Assembly: GCA_004431415.1 (NCBI GenBank)
Contig: QPMI01000005.1
Coordinates: 744,001-808,000, forward strand
Origin: Cyanophora paradoxa CCMP329
Taxonomy: Eukaryota > Plantae > Glaucophyta
Direction of reading: 5' to 3'
Length of the DNA stretch: 64,000 nt
Of this stretch, positions 35,301-47,600 are shown one piece after another. Under the pieces are notes generated by a model. That model did not search any database. It was not told where the DNA came from and saw nothing but the letters and a program-made list of their open reading frames with translations. Positions within the stretch are counted from its first letter, which is position 1. Every line of letters begins with the position of its first letter. The translations under genes and the position numbers were made by a program.

Positions 35301-38300
35301 GGAAAGACGAGGCGGGTGAGGGTAAATCAACTACGAAGCTAAGCTATAGCCTCTAAATTTCCGGAAATTTCCTGAAGCTGTAGCTTTTTAAAGCTGTAGC
35401 TTCTTGAATTTCCTAGAAGGCCGCCTAGGCGTACGCCGCCTTGATCGGTAAGCTAGGGCGGCCCCCTCAAATTGTAGCCTTTAAGCGCACCTCGGCGTAG
35501 GCGGCTTTGATCGACGTGCTGCGGCGGAGGGCCTCGATGGCGCGGGGCGTCACGCCGTGCCGCGCGTGCAGGGGGCCCCGCGAGGCCGGGGAGGCCGAGC
35601 CGCGCCCCCGCAAGCCGGCCGAGTCGAGGGACTCGGGCTTGGGCGAGCCAGAGGCGGCGCGGGACGAGGCGGCGGAGGCGGAGGAGGGGAGGACGTTCAG
35701 CGGGGACGAGGGGAGGCGCGCCCGGCCCGTCCGCTCGACCGCGCCGGTGCCGGGGGCGGCGGCGGGGGCGGGGGCGGGGGCTGCGCGCTCCGCCCCGACG
35801 GCTGCGAGGATCCCGGGGAAGCCGGGCGCAGCGACCGGGGGCTCGGCGTGGCCGTCGATGTTGAGCTGTCGCCGTCGACGCAAAGTCAGGCGAGCCCCGC
35901 CTCTATGTAAGGAGAGATGGGAGCCTATTCGAAGCAGGCGAAGCAGCTTTGTTGAGATCTAGAGCGCTCCAGAAGCGCGGCGGGGGCGGATATCCGGCGG
36001 AAATCCGCGGTAGAACTCGGACCTGGGCGCGGGCGGCGTCCGCGAGCATCTCTAGGTCCTCTAAATCCTCTACGAATCAAAGGTTCTAATATCCATCTCA
36101 AGGCTCTCAATGTAGGAATCAAATATTAATGCTAGAAACTAGAGAAGCCCTCAGGGTCCTCTAGGGAATCTGCCGGAAACTCGGACCTGGGCGCGGGCGG
36201 CGTCCATGAACATGGAAAGGGCGAGAGATGGAAATGCGGGAAAACTAGAAACCAGAGACGGAAATGAAGAGGTTCTCTAGGCTCTCTAGGTTCTCTAGGT
36301 TCTCTAGGTTCTCTAGGTTCTCTAGGTTCTCTAGGCTCTCATGTCCATTCGGACCTGGGCGCGGGCGGCGTCCATGAGCATGGCGAGGGCGCGGTCCGTG
36401 GCGGCGGCGCCGCTGGCCCGCCGCTGGGGCGCCGCCGCCGCCGCCCGCGCCGCCGCCGACCCGCTCTCCGACCGCGCCGCGGGGCTGCGTATGCGCGCGT
36501 GCCGCGGAGCGAGTCAGCGGCGCTCTTCTAAAACCTGCTAAAACCTAGGACCGAGGCCTCCTTTAGGTCCCAGCGTTCCTAATAGCTCTTCTTTTGAAGA
36601 TGGACGCTCCCGATAGTCAGCGACGCGCGCTCTCGATGGGAAGACCTGAGAGTTAGGCTTCTACGACCTAAGAAGAAGAACCCAGGGCGCCATCGCCCCC
36701 GCTTATTTACTTTCCTTTGATTCCCGCCCCCGCTTATTTAGTGTAAGCTTCGAGGCCTTGGAAGATCTAGAGAGCCTCTGGGGCTTAGTTAGGTCCGGGC
36801 GCTTTGATTTCCGCCCCAGCTTATCGAGTTCCAGTTACAGCTTTCGCCTCCAGGCACGCGCACCTTGCAAGGCCTGGGTTCCTGCTGGGCGCCGCGTCGA
36901 GGAGGACCGGCTCCTCCCCCGGCCCCTCCTCCGCCCCCGCGAGCGCCTCCTCCTCGCCCCCCACCGCCGCCTCCAGCTCCTGTCGGATCAAATCAGATCC
37001 GATCCGATTCGGTGCGGTTGCGCTGTCTCGAAACGTTGAAATGCGTACCCGCTGCTCCTCTTCGCTGGCGGCGCCGCAGACGCCGCGCGCCGCGCGCGCG
37101 CGGCACCGCTTCAGCGCCTGAAGGAGCTTGCCTGCGAACGAAGAGAAGCGGTCAAGAGATCCGAGGCTAATAATAGCTCGAAGAAGCTAATTATAGGCGA
37201 CGCACTGTGCGTGATGGGCTTGCGGATGGGCAGCGCCCCGCGGACGGAGGAGCCGCCCACGCTTGATTGGCCGGAGGCGACGGGCGAAGAGCCGGATGGC
37301 GCGTGGGCCGACCCCGAGCTCGAGGTCCCGCCCCCGAACAGCGGCGGCTGCGTGCGCGGCCGTCAAATGGGAGACGAGAGATAGCTATAGGTCAGGCAGG
37401 TAAAAAGCTATCTCTCCATTCATCTACATTTAGACTAAAAGCGAGAGATAGCTTTAACATTTATCTCCATGAGTGTCAGGGTTGACGCCCCGTGGCCCCC
37501 ATTAGATAAGAAAGCCTTTTAGGGTCGGTGAATCGCATCGTATAGAGGAGTTTCTAGGTTGGCTATGACCGGATATGGTGTTTCTCTAGAAGGATCGTGG
37601 AAGGGAAACATCAAAGCGTCGAACTCGCCTCGAGGACGAAGACGGTGAGGCGGGAGCGGGCCATGGCGTCGACGAGGGCGCGCACCAGCCGCGGCTCCGC
37701 CTCCAGCGCCAGCCGGTCCGCCTGCCCCCGCCGGTAAGAAAGGGGAGGAGGGGGGAAGGGGCGAGGTGTGTATCGTGGGCCATGACGGGGCTAAGGAGGT
37801 GGAGGGGGGGAGCGGGCGAGGAGGCGAGGAGAAGGCGTCTAATTTCAGGCGACGGCAACAACGAGCAATAGAGGCCGCCGCGACAATAGAGGGGCGCACG
37901 AAGACGACGGCAAAGGCGCCTATACATCATCACCAGCGTCTAATTATAAGAACTAGGAATAGAAGGGCAAAGAACCAGGAATAACAATAAGAACTACTAG
38001 ATTAGAACCAGTTGATGATAAGGGGGCGCACGAAGACGACGGCGAAGGAGGGGGACTCGAGGGCGGCGGGCAGGCCCCGCTCGAAGCGGGCCAGCGCCGG
38101 CGCGAAGTCCTCGCACGCCGACGAGGACGAGGAGGCCTCCAGCGATTCGACGTACCCCGAGATCTGCGCTATTATTAGACCAGAAGAATAGAGCAGGGGG
38201 CGAGGCGCTTCGGGCCAGATTCAAGTATCTCTCGTTCAATTCTTTCAATTTAACTTTCAGGCGCACAGCGCCGAAGGAACTCTCGGAGCTTCTAGCAGGC

Positions 38301-41300
38301 AGGGAAGCACTAGAATCGATTCCTGATCTAACATAAAGAAGGCCCAGGGCTTGCTCACCAGGGCGGCGATCTCGGGGCGGGGGTGGAGGACGCTAGATTC
38401 ACTTCAGGCAAGATTAGGTTCCCTCCCTCCCTCCCTGTTAGGTTCTCCTGGTCTAAAAATAGCTCACCAGGGCGGCGATCTCGGGGCGGGGGTGGAGGAC
38501 GCTAGATTCACTTCAGGCAAGATTAGGTTCCCTCCCTCCCTCCCTATTAGGTTCTCCTGGTCTAAAAATAGCTCACCAGGGCGGCGATCTCGGGGCGGGG
38601 GTGGAGGACGCTAGATTCACTTCAGGCAAGATTAGGTTCCCTCCCTCCCTCCCTATTAGGTTCTCCTGGTCTAAAAATAGCTCACCAGGGCGGCGATCTC
38701 GGGGCGGGGGTGGAGGACGCTAGATTCACTTCAGGCAAGATTAGGTTCCCTCCCTCCCTCCCTATTAGGTTCTCCTGGTCTAAAAATAGCTCACCAGGGC
38801 GGCGATCTCGGGGCGGGGGTGGAGGACCAGGGCGCGGGCGCCGCGGAACTCGCGGGGTCGGCCGGGCCCCAGCGCCGCCTCCTCGATCCCCGACGGCCGC
38901 GGCGTCGTCGGCAGGCTGCGCTCGCGCGCGCAGGCACATCGGTCAGATATAGAGGCGCCTGACCAGGGCCGGGGCTCGGCTCGGCTCGGCGCCCGCTTCG
39001 AGTCCGATCTCATCTAATTCTAACCTATCCCTTGACCGAGGCGCCTGACCGAGGCGCCTAATTCTAATCTAATTCATCTAAGTCCGAGGCGCCTGACCAG
39101 GGCCGGGGCTCGGTTCGGTGCCCGCTACTATCTATTTCGATCCCATCTAATTCCAATCTATCCCTTGGGTCCTCCGCGCCGCACCTGGCGGCGAAGGAGG
39201 CGAGCTCCTCGCCGCTCGGGAGGCCGCACTTCGCCGTGAACCAGAAGGCGCTGCGGCGGGGGCGGGGGCGAGGGCGGGGGCACGCCGGGCGAGGTCGGAC
39301 CAGAAAAGGAGAGGGGCGAAGGGGGGGGGGGGGGGGGGGGCGGGGCGGACCTGCCGGCGCCCGGGGTGGAGTCGACGCCGATGGAGCCGTCCATCAGCGC
39401 CGCCAGCTCCTTCGAGATCGCCAGCTGCGCGGTCGAGGGGGAGGAGGAGAATGTCAGAGGGGAATGGATAGATAGGTGGGCGGCAGGTGCTCTTTGACTA
39501 ATCTGAGCTGGATATAGTAAAGGAGGCTCTCAGTCGACCGCGCGCCCCACGGGCGCAGCTGAGCCCCCCGGGGGGCCCGCGGCGAGATCGCGAGCTGCGC
39601 CCAGATGTCTCTCACTGTCGAGCACTCTAAATCTAGGGCTTCTATGTAATCTTCTGTCTTTATTATCATCATCAAACTCTTCAATATCAAGGGAGAGGGA
39701 TAGGTAAGCGGCGGGCGGGCGCCGGGGAGCCGTCTGCTCTATAATTCTCTCAGAGGGAGATAGGTGGGCGGCGGGCGCTGGAAAAGAACTGGTGGTTCCG
39801 AGATGGATGTCAGTGCAATGATTCTGGGCCTCTAGATTCTATGCCGTTGAAGACGTTTCTTACCATCGAGCTATATGTCGAATTTTTATGCCTTAGTATC
39901 AAGCTCTCTCTATAAAAAATCTTATCGCGTCTGGCGCACCCCGAGGCCGGTGCCCTGGAACTTGCGCGTGCTGCTCGTGTCCACCTGCGAGAAGCGGCGG
40001 AAAAGCTTCTCCTTCTCCTCGCTGCAGGGCGCCGCGTGAGGCGGGGGGGGGAAGGTAAGGGAGGGGTACGCACTCGCGGATGCCGAGGCCCGTGTCCCGT
40101 ACGACGAACTTGATCGTCACGTACTTGCGCCGCTCGTCCGTGGTGTTCCTGCAGGCACGCGGGCGGGCGGGCGGGCGGGGCGGTCGGTCAGGGCCGCCAG
40201 CGAGCGACGGGGGGACGAGGGCTCTAGCTCCAGCCCTAGCCTAGGGACCCGTTCTTCTAGAGCCGGGCGGGCGACGCGGGGCTTGCGGCCGAGGGGCGCA
40301 CCAGAAGATGCTGGCGACGCTGCGGCGCAACTAGACTAGGACCCCAAAGGAAGATTTAGATCTAGATCTCGACCCTCTAGACCAAGGGAGGACGCGGCGG
40401 GGCGCACCAGAAGATGCTGGCGACGCGGGGCGTCTGGTTCTCCGAGGGCGTCGGCGCCGGCTCCTCCCCCGCCGGCACCTGCGCGCCCCGGTTCAGGAAT
40501 GGCGGGAGAATAGCTGGAGTCCCGCCCCGCCCTTCTCAGTTTCCTCCAGTTCATAATCTCTCCGATATAAGGCGCCTTCCCAGCCTTCTGGCTTCTCTAA
40601 CTTCTTACTTCGCCTTTCTGGCTTCTTTAACTTCTCCAGCCGCTCGAAAAGGACGCGAGAGAGCGGGTGAGCGCACGACGGAGACGGAGACGGAGACGAA
40701 GCCGGTCTTCGTGAACTTGACCCCGTTCGCTGCGCGGGGCGCGTGAGGGGGAGGGCGCGGGGGAGGGAGCCGGGGCGCCGCGCAGCGGGCGTGGGGGAGG
40801 GGGCCGGGGCGGGGGCGGGGGCGGAGTCATGTTTAGGGAGCTAGCTCGTGAGAGGCGCGGCCGGCGCGGGCGCGGGGGACGGGAGAGCCGAGTCCAGCTC
40901 TGGCGGGGCGGGGCAAGGCGGGGCGCGCAAAGGAAGTTGAGGAGGGTCTGCCCACTAAAAGTTCGGGATCGACCAAAAATTCGGGATCGGCCAAAAGTTC
41001 GGGATCGAAGGAAGATATCGGGGACGGGCGGGGCGGGGCGGGGCGGGGCGCACAGAGGAAGTTGAGGAGGATCTGCCCGAGCCTGCGTCGCGGGGGAGGA
41101 AAAGCGGTCGGGCCGGCGAGGTCAGGTCAGCAGGGAGGGGCAGCAGGCCAGGGCCGGCCAGAGGGTGGGTGCTTTGAGGCGGATCGGGCGGGGCGGGCGG
41201 GGCGGGGCGGGCGGAGCGGGCCGCTTAGGGCGGGCCCAAAACCTGGCTTCTAATCTCTAGTTTCTAGTCCAAAGTCAGACGCCAGTCCTTCTCTCTGGGC

Positions 41301-44300
41301 GGTGCGGGGGGGGCGGGGGGGCGGGCGGACCGCTTGGGGTCGGCGTAGACGACGGGCGGGCAGTCCTTCGACGCGATCGAGAGCAGGTCTGCGGCGAGGC
41401 GCGCCCGCCCGGCGCGTCCAAGTCAGCCCGGCCCCGGCCCCGTCGTGCGACCATTTCTTTCCCGTTGGCAGGCGCGAGCGAGGCGGTCGCAAAGGGCGCA
41501 CCGAGGCCCTTCTCGCAGCTCTGCATGACCTGCGTGCAGGGAAAGGGTCGGTCGGCCGCGGATCTGGATCCGGACGGTGGAGGAAAGACCAGGCGCGACG
41601 TGTGTGGGCGGAGGATGCCTAGGCCAGGGGCCGGGGGCCGGGGCGGAGGCCTAGGCCTAGGCCTAGGTCTAGGCCTAGGAGGAGCGGGAGGGGGCCTAGG
41701 AGGAGGAGGCCTAGGCTAGGGGCGGGTCGGGGCGGGGCCGGGGCCGGGGGCGCACGACGCAGTCGAGGATGTTGGCGATCATGCGGTCGAGGCAAAAGAC
41801 CTCCGGCTGCAGCTCCAGCTTCCCCGCCTCGATCTGAGAGAGGAAAAGTTCGACGAAAAGTTCGGGATCGAAGAAAAGTTCGGGATCGAAGGGAGAGCGG
41901 GATCGAAAAAGTTCTGGAGGTGGGAAGGGTGGGGGGGGGGGGGGGGGGGTGGGGGGGGGGGGGGGGACCGGACTTGGAGAAGTCGAGGACGTCGTTGACG
42001 ATGGCCATCAGGCTCGTCCCGCAGCTGCCGCCAGGCAGCTGTCAGCCAAAGAAACCCGGGGGGCCGAAGGGAGGGGGCCGGCTGACCTGTGGACGATGGT
42101 CGCGTACTCGGCCTGGTCTGCGTCTGCAGGGCGCCGGCGCCGGTAAGCGGCGCGCCCTCTGGACGAAAGGCGCGCCCGCGAGGTGCGCGCATTTCTTTCT
42201 GCTCTCGAAAGACGTCGCCACTTCTAGAACGGAAGCTCGCCTAGCTAGAGCCCCCGCCACGCCCGCGATGGACCTAGTTCCCTCCTAGGCCCCCAGACAA
42301 GGCGCGTCCGTCCGTACGGCTCGAGGCTCATGATCAGGCTCCAGCGGCGCCGCGCGCACCGAGGTCCGTCTCGAGCAGGAGCTGGCTCATGCCGATGATC
42401 CCGTTCAGCGGCTGCGGCCCCCGCGCGTGAGCGGCGGGGGGGCGCGGGCGGGCGTGAAGAGGCACCGTGCGGATCTCTACGGGGGTCGGTGGGAGAGAGA
42501 GGCGCGAGAAGAGTAAGAAGATGCAAGAGCAAAAGGCCAAACAAAGAAAAGGCGGCCGGCCGCGAACCCTGCGGACAGAGGAGAGTAAGTGCGCGATCGA
42601 TCATAGCTCGCGCGACACAAAGAGGCGCACGTGGGAAATGTTGGCGAGCTGTGAATCGCGGCGGAAAGGGACGAAGCGAACTCGTCAGCCGAAACCGACA
42701 GGCAGACAAACAAGCAATCACAACAAGAACAATCTATGATGCTAACTGCAATTACAAGGGGGCGGATTATATGATATATAATGCTGTCTTATGTAATGCA
42801 GATCACGAATGCTGTATAAAAAGAGGGCGGACGAGCGGGGAGGGGCGGACGAAGGAGCGCTCGGCGGGCTATATTATCTATGATGCTATGTTATCTATAA
42901 TGCTGAATCTATAATGCTATATCTATAATGCTATATAAGGGCGGGCGGGGCGGGGCGGGGCGGACGAAGGAGCGCTTGGCGGCGTTGGAGGCCTGCGCCT
43001 CGCGCATCGAGGCCTGCACCGCCGCCTCCTGCTCCTTCGTCCGCGTCCTGCGGGGCGGGGAAGGGAGGCCCTGTCCGTCAGCCAAGCAAGACGCAAGATC
43101 TAGAGAACGGAGATCCTTGTAGCACAGGTTCGGCTGCGCTAAACGGCCCCAGGTCCATAGCATAGCGGCGTGGGAGCTAATGGGTCGCGCGCCAGCCAAA
43201 GACGAAGACGAGGAAGAGGAGGAGGAACGAGCGGGCTCCGCCGGAAGCCTATGCGTCTAACAGTCCGGACTGTTCCGGGGGCCTTTCAGCATCGACTAAA
43301 AGTTCAGGATCGAAGAAAGATATCGGGTGCGGGAAGAGGAAGGGCCCGGGCGCACAGGTCGCGGACGATGCCGGTGAACATCTTGCGGCCGTTCACGTGG
43401 AACTCGTTCATCGCCACCTGCGAAAAGAGGCTTCGATTGGGGATCGACTTAAAGGTCGGGATCGACGAAAAATTCGGGATCGACTCAAGGTTTCTTAAAG
43501 ATCCTAGCTTTTATCTAGCTCAAAGATCCTTTAAGATCCTAGCTTATGAGCTCGTTCATCGCCACCTGCGCCCGAGGCGGCGCGGTCGGCACACGTCCGA
43601 CGCGGCCCCGGCGGGGCGCCGCGAGGCGCCGCGCAAGCTACAGGCTCTGCATCCGTCTACGAGCATCGCCCAAGGCGGAGGCGTGGGCATCGTCTCACGA
43701 GCATCGCTCAAGGTTCCTTTCGGATTCTAGCCCCTTATTCGTCATATTCTTCTGTTTAGGGGGCAGACCTCGATGGGAGAGAGCTCGCCATTGGCGCGGC
43801 GTCTTTGGCTTCTAGCTTCACGATTCTAGCTTTAATTTAAGATCCTTTAAGATCCTAGCTTTAATTTAAGTTAAGATCGGACCTTTAAGATAGGATTTTC
43901 AAAGATCCTAGCTTTAAGATCTTTTAAGCTCCCTTTATATTCGGACCTCGATGGGGAAGAGCTCGCCGTCGGCGCGGCGGCCGACGAGCTCGCGGGAGGA
44001 GCCCGCGAGCGCCTCGAGGCGCGTCCCCTCGAGCCCCGGGACCAGCGCCGAGAGCGGGCGCCCCAGGATGCCCTGCGCCGCCGTCAGAACTTTTCGTCGA
44101 TCCCGAACTTTTGGTCGATCCCGAACTTCTAAGACGGCCAGGAGACGCGGGCAGCGAAGATGGCGGGGCGGGCGTCTAAATGGCGGCCAGAGGAGTCCGA
44201 GGTCAGAATACGCGAACAAACTTACGGGTCACGCAAGCTCGTGCAGTCAACGAGCGGGCGTCTTAATTAAACGACAGGCGGGGCATTCCGCGGAGGCGGG

Positions 44301-44594
44301 CGGCCCCCGGAGAGCGCGCGGCGCATTTTAAGGGCGGGGGCGTGCGCTTGCCTTGATGGCGATGCCGAAGGTGCGCTCGACGGCGGCGTTGGCCTGCGAG
44401 GCGACGTAGAAGTTCGGGATCGACGGAAAGTTCGGGATCGACGGAAAGTTCGGGATCGAAGGAAGGGCCGCCCCCGCACCTGCGAGACGACGTAGAAGGC
44501 GTCCGCCGTGATAATGCAGTCTGCGGGGGCGCGGAGGGGGCTTTGAGTTGGACGCTCGACGTTTGGTTCGAGGGGCTCGCGATCGTGTCATCTC

Positions 44595-44634
<40 letters not shown>

Positions 44635-47600
44635 GACGCGCGGCGAACGGATGGAATCAGGAGGCCTCGAAGATGAAATAATGTAATGTAATCTAGATAT
44701 CTCTAATGCAACCCAGTATCTGTGCCAAGCAATGCTTTATAGGCCCCAAAGAAAGGAAGGCGGGCGGGCGGACCCCAGGCGGCCTCGAGGATATAATAAT
44801 CTCATGTAACCTAGATATATATCTATTATGTAATCCAATATCTAATCGCTCTGATTGGAGTTAGAATCGCTCTAATTGATTATAAGGAAGGCGGGCGGGC
44901 GGACCCCAAGCGGCCTCGAGGATGGAGCGGTTGTGCTCCTCGCTCTCCCGCACCGCCGCCTCCGCCGCCTTCTGCCGCGACACGTCCTCCAGCGCGCAGA
45001 TGTAGTTCCGCGTGCCCCCGGTCGTCTGGAGGAGGAGGACAAGGATGAGACGGATGAGATAGAGAGAGACAAGCCAAGGACGGCCGAGTGTAGGAATGTA
45101 ACGGGAAGGGCGGTTGAGCAAGTTACAAGGTCGGTATGGAATATTTGTAGGGCTACTGGGGGATCATGAATTAAGTTATCTCGGGCCATCTCACTCTCAT
45201 AATCTTAGTACCATGCCCCAAGCATCGCACCATGAGGTCGGTGATGGAGACGGTGCAGGGGAACTTGGTGCCGTCGCGCCGCTCGGCGACGACCTCGCGC
45301 TGCTGGCCCACGACGCCGGGCGCCCCCACGCAGATCGCGCTGCCGGGCGGGGCGCGGCTGTCAGTCGATCCCGAACTTTCCGTCGATCCCGAACTTTTGG
45401 CCGATCCCGAACGTTTAGCGGGGCGGGGCGAGCAGGAGAGGAGGAGGGGGCCGTTAGTGTGAGGACGAAGCTTAAGGGGGAGAGAGGATAGTCGCCGCGG
45501 CTCTTCTCTCGCCCGGGCCCCATGCTGAAAGGCACCTGTAGAGGGCGCTGCCGAGTAGGGCGGCCGCCGGCTTGCCCACCAGCTCCGACCGCTTGTACCT
45601 GGCCCCGCCCGCCCACCGTCAGCCGTGGCCGCCCGCGCAGGCTGGAGCCCGCCAGTTTAGTTCATTCCCATAGCGATAGTTCGCTCGTTGTCTACAGGTT
45701 TCCGCGCGGCTGGAGCCGGCCAGATCTAGATCTCGGATGGATCCGCGCACTCGAAGATCTGCTCGGCGGCGCGGTTCATCATGAGGACCTCCCCCCTCGA
45801 GTCCACCACCGCGATCCCCACTGCAGAGTCCGCGGCCGTCAGCGGAGGGGAGGGGGAAACAGCGAGTAGGAAAGGCCACTTTCTCGTCGCCTTAGGGAAT
45901 TTTCACCCGCCGCTCTAATCTTTGGGTCATTATTATGTTTTTCAATCGCCTAGACGCGACCTCTAATAAGAGTTCTAATAAGAATTTCTCATTGGTATTT
46001 CTAATAAGAGTTCTAATAAGATCCCCACTGCGGAGTCCGCGGCCGTCAGCGTCGTCCGGCAGTGGGGGCCCCAGCTTGGGACCGTCAGCGGAGGGGGGGA
46101 CGGCGGGGAGGCCGGTGCTGGGCGCGCAGGAAGGGCGCCTTTCTAAATTCTATATTCTATACGTTCTACGTGCAATGCAGCCGCCTTGCTTCCAATGCAA
46201 TTCCAATCGCCTAGAAGCGATTCCTAGTAAATTAGAGCTCACCGTAGACGGCCTCCATGACGGAGCGGGTCTCCTGGCGGCTCTCCTCCAGCATCCGCTC
46301 GAAGTCGCGCTCGGGGTCCGCGCCATCGCCCCGCAGCTTCTCGTTCAGGAAGTCCCGGATAAAGTCTGGGCGAGAGAGAGATAGATAAATGGACGAGGAA
46401 AGGGTGGAGAGGCCCTCATAGTATACCTAGATAGGTAAAGATGACCCAAGGCCCTTATATAAACAGTAAAAGAGCGTTCAAATGGACGATGAAATGGATG
46501 TAGAAGCTAGAGTTCAACGACGAAGCTAGAGTTCAACGACGAAATGACCCAAGGCCCTCATAGAAACAGTATAACCCCCCGATCTCGTCGAGCTCCTCGG
46601 CGGGGAGCAATGCTAGAAGCTAGAATGCCACGATCTCTTTATCGAAAGCAAGAGTTCAACGATAAAACGACCCAAGGCCCTCATAGCTCCTGAAACAGCA
46701 GAGCGCACCGATCCTGTCGAGCTCCTCGGCGGGGAGCATGCAGAGCATGGAGAGGGTCAGCTCGCCCTCCTCTCGCAGCTCCGTCAGCACCGGGATGAAC
46801 ACCGCGACTGCGGGGGGCGGGCGGGCGGGCGGACGGGTTAAAGATACGGGATGAGATAGATGGAGAGATGGAGCGCGGACAGAAGACGAAGGCGACGGCC
46901 GAGTAGAGGACGAGGAGGAAGGTCTCTTGCGCCCCGATCGCCCGTCGCAGGTGCTCCAGGCTCTCCGACGAGAAGCTGCACGCGGGAGGGCGGGCGGCGT
47001 TAGAGACGTCGATGTCGGCAGGAGGATGCGGAAGAGTAATCACAAGAGGAAAGGGCGGGTGCGCGTTGCTTATGGATGGGAGCTAGCTAGCTGGCTAGGT
47101 GCGGAGACCGCGGAGCTAGACATGGAAAGCCAAGGAAGGAAGGACGAGGAAATGGAGGAGCCATCGCAGACAATTTTATTTCATTTAATTGAAGAAAATA
47201 TTCGAGATGGGAGGAGAGGCGGGCCGGGCGCACCGCTCGACGGTGAGGTCGAGCTGCTGGGAGAGGAGCCCGTTGTCGGCCTCCTCCACATGCCGGAAGT
47301 GCCCGCTCTCCGCGCTCTGCCGAGGCCGAACTGTTAGTCGATCCCGAACATTCGGTCGATCCCGAACATTCGGTCGATCCCGAACTAAGTGGGACGAAGG
47401 CCGAGGCCAAGGCCGGGGCCGAGGCGTGAGAGGCAGCGCGGGCGCTCAGCTGCTTAAGAGCAAGGGCGCCGAGAGCGCTCTGCCACAAGGCTACTATGCC
47501 GCGGGTTCGATCACGCGCTTTGGCGCGCACGAGGCGGTTGTTGGGTTCGGGATCACGCGCTTTGGCGCGCACGACGGTGAATCATCCTAAATAGAAGAAA

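Noticed and set aside
38353-38827. Regularly spaced repeats resembling a CRISPR array
   Set aside because: The spacers are identical, the context is a eukaryotic intron, and there are no cas genes; it is a plain tandem duplication.
37600-38930. A second functional receiver domain after the HATPase
   Set aside because: The position and 'GARALVLHPRPEIAAL' fit a receiver-like fold, but the acidic pocket residues are not evident; treated as degenerate.
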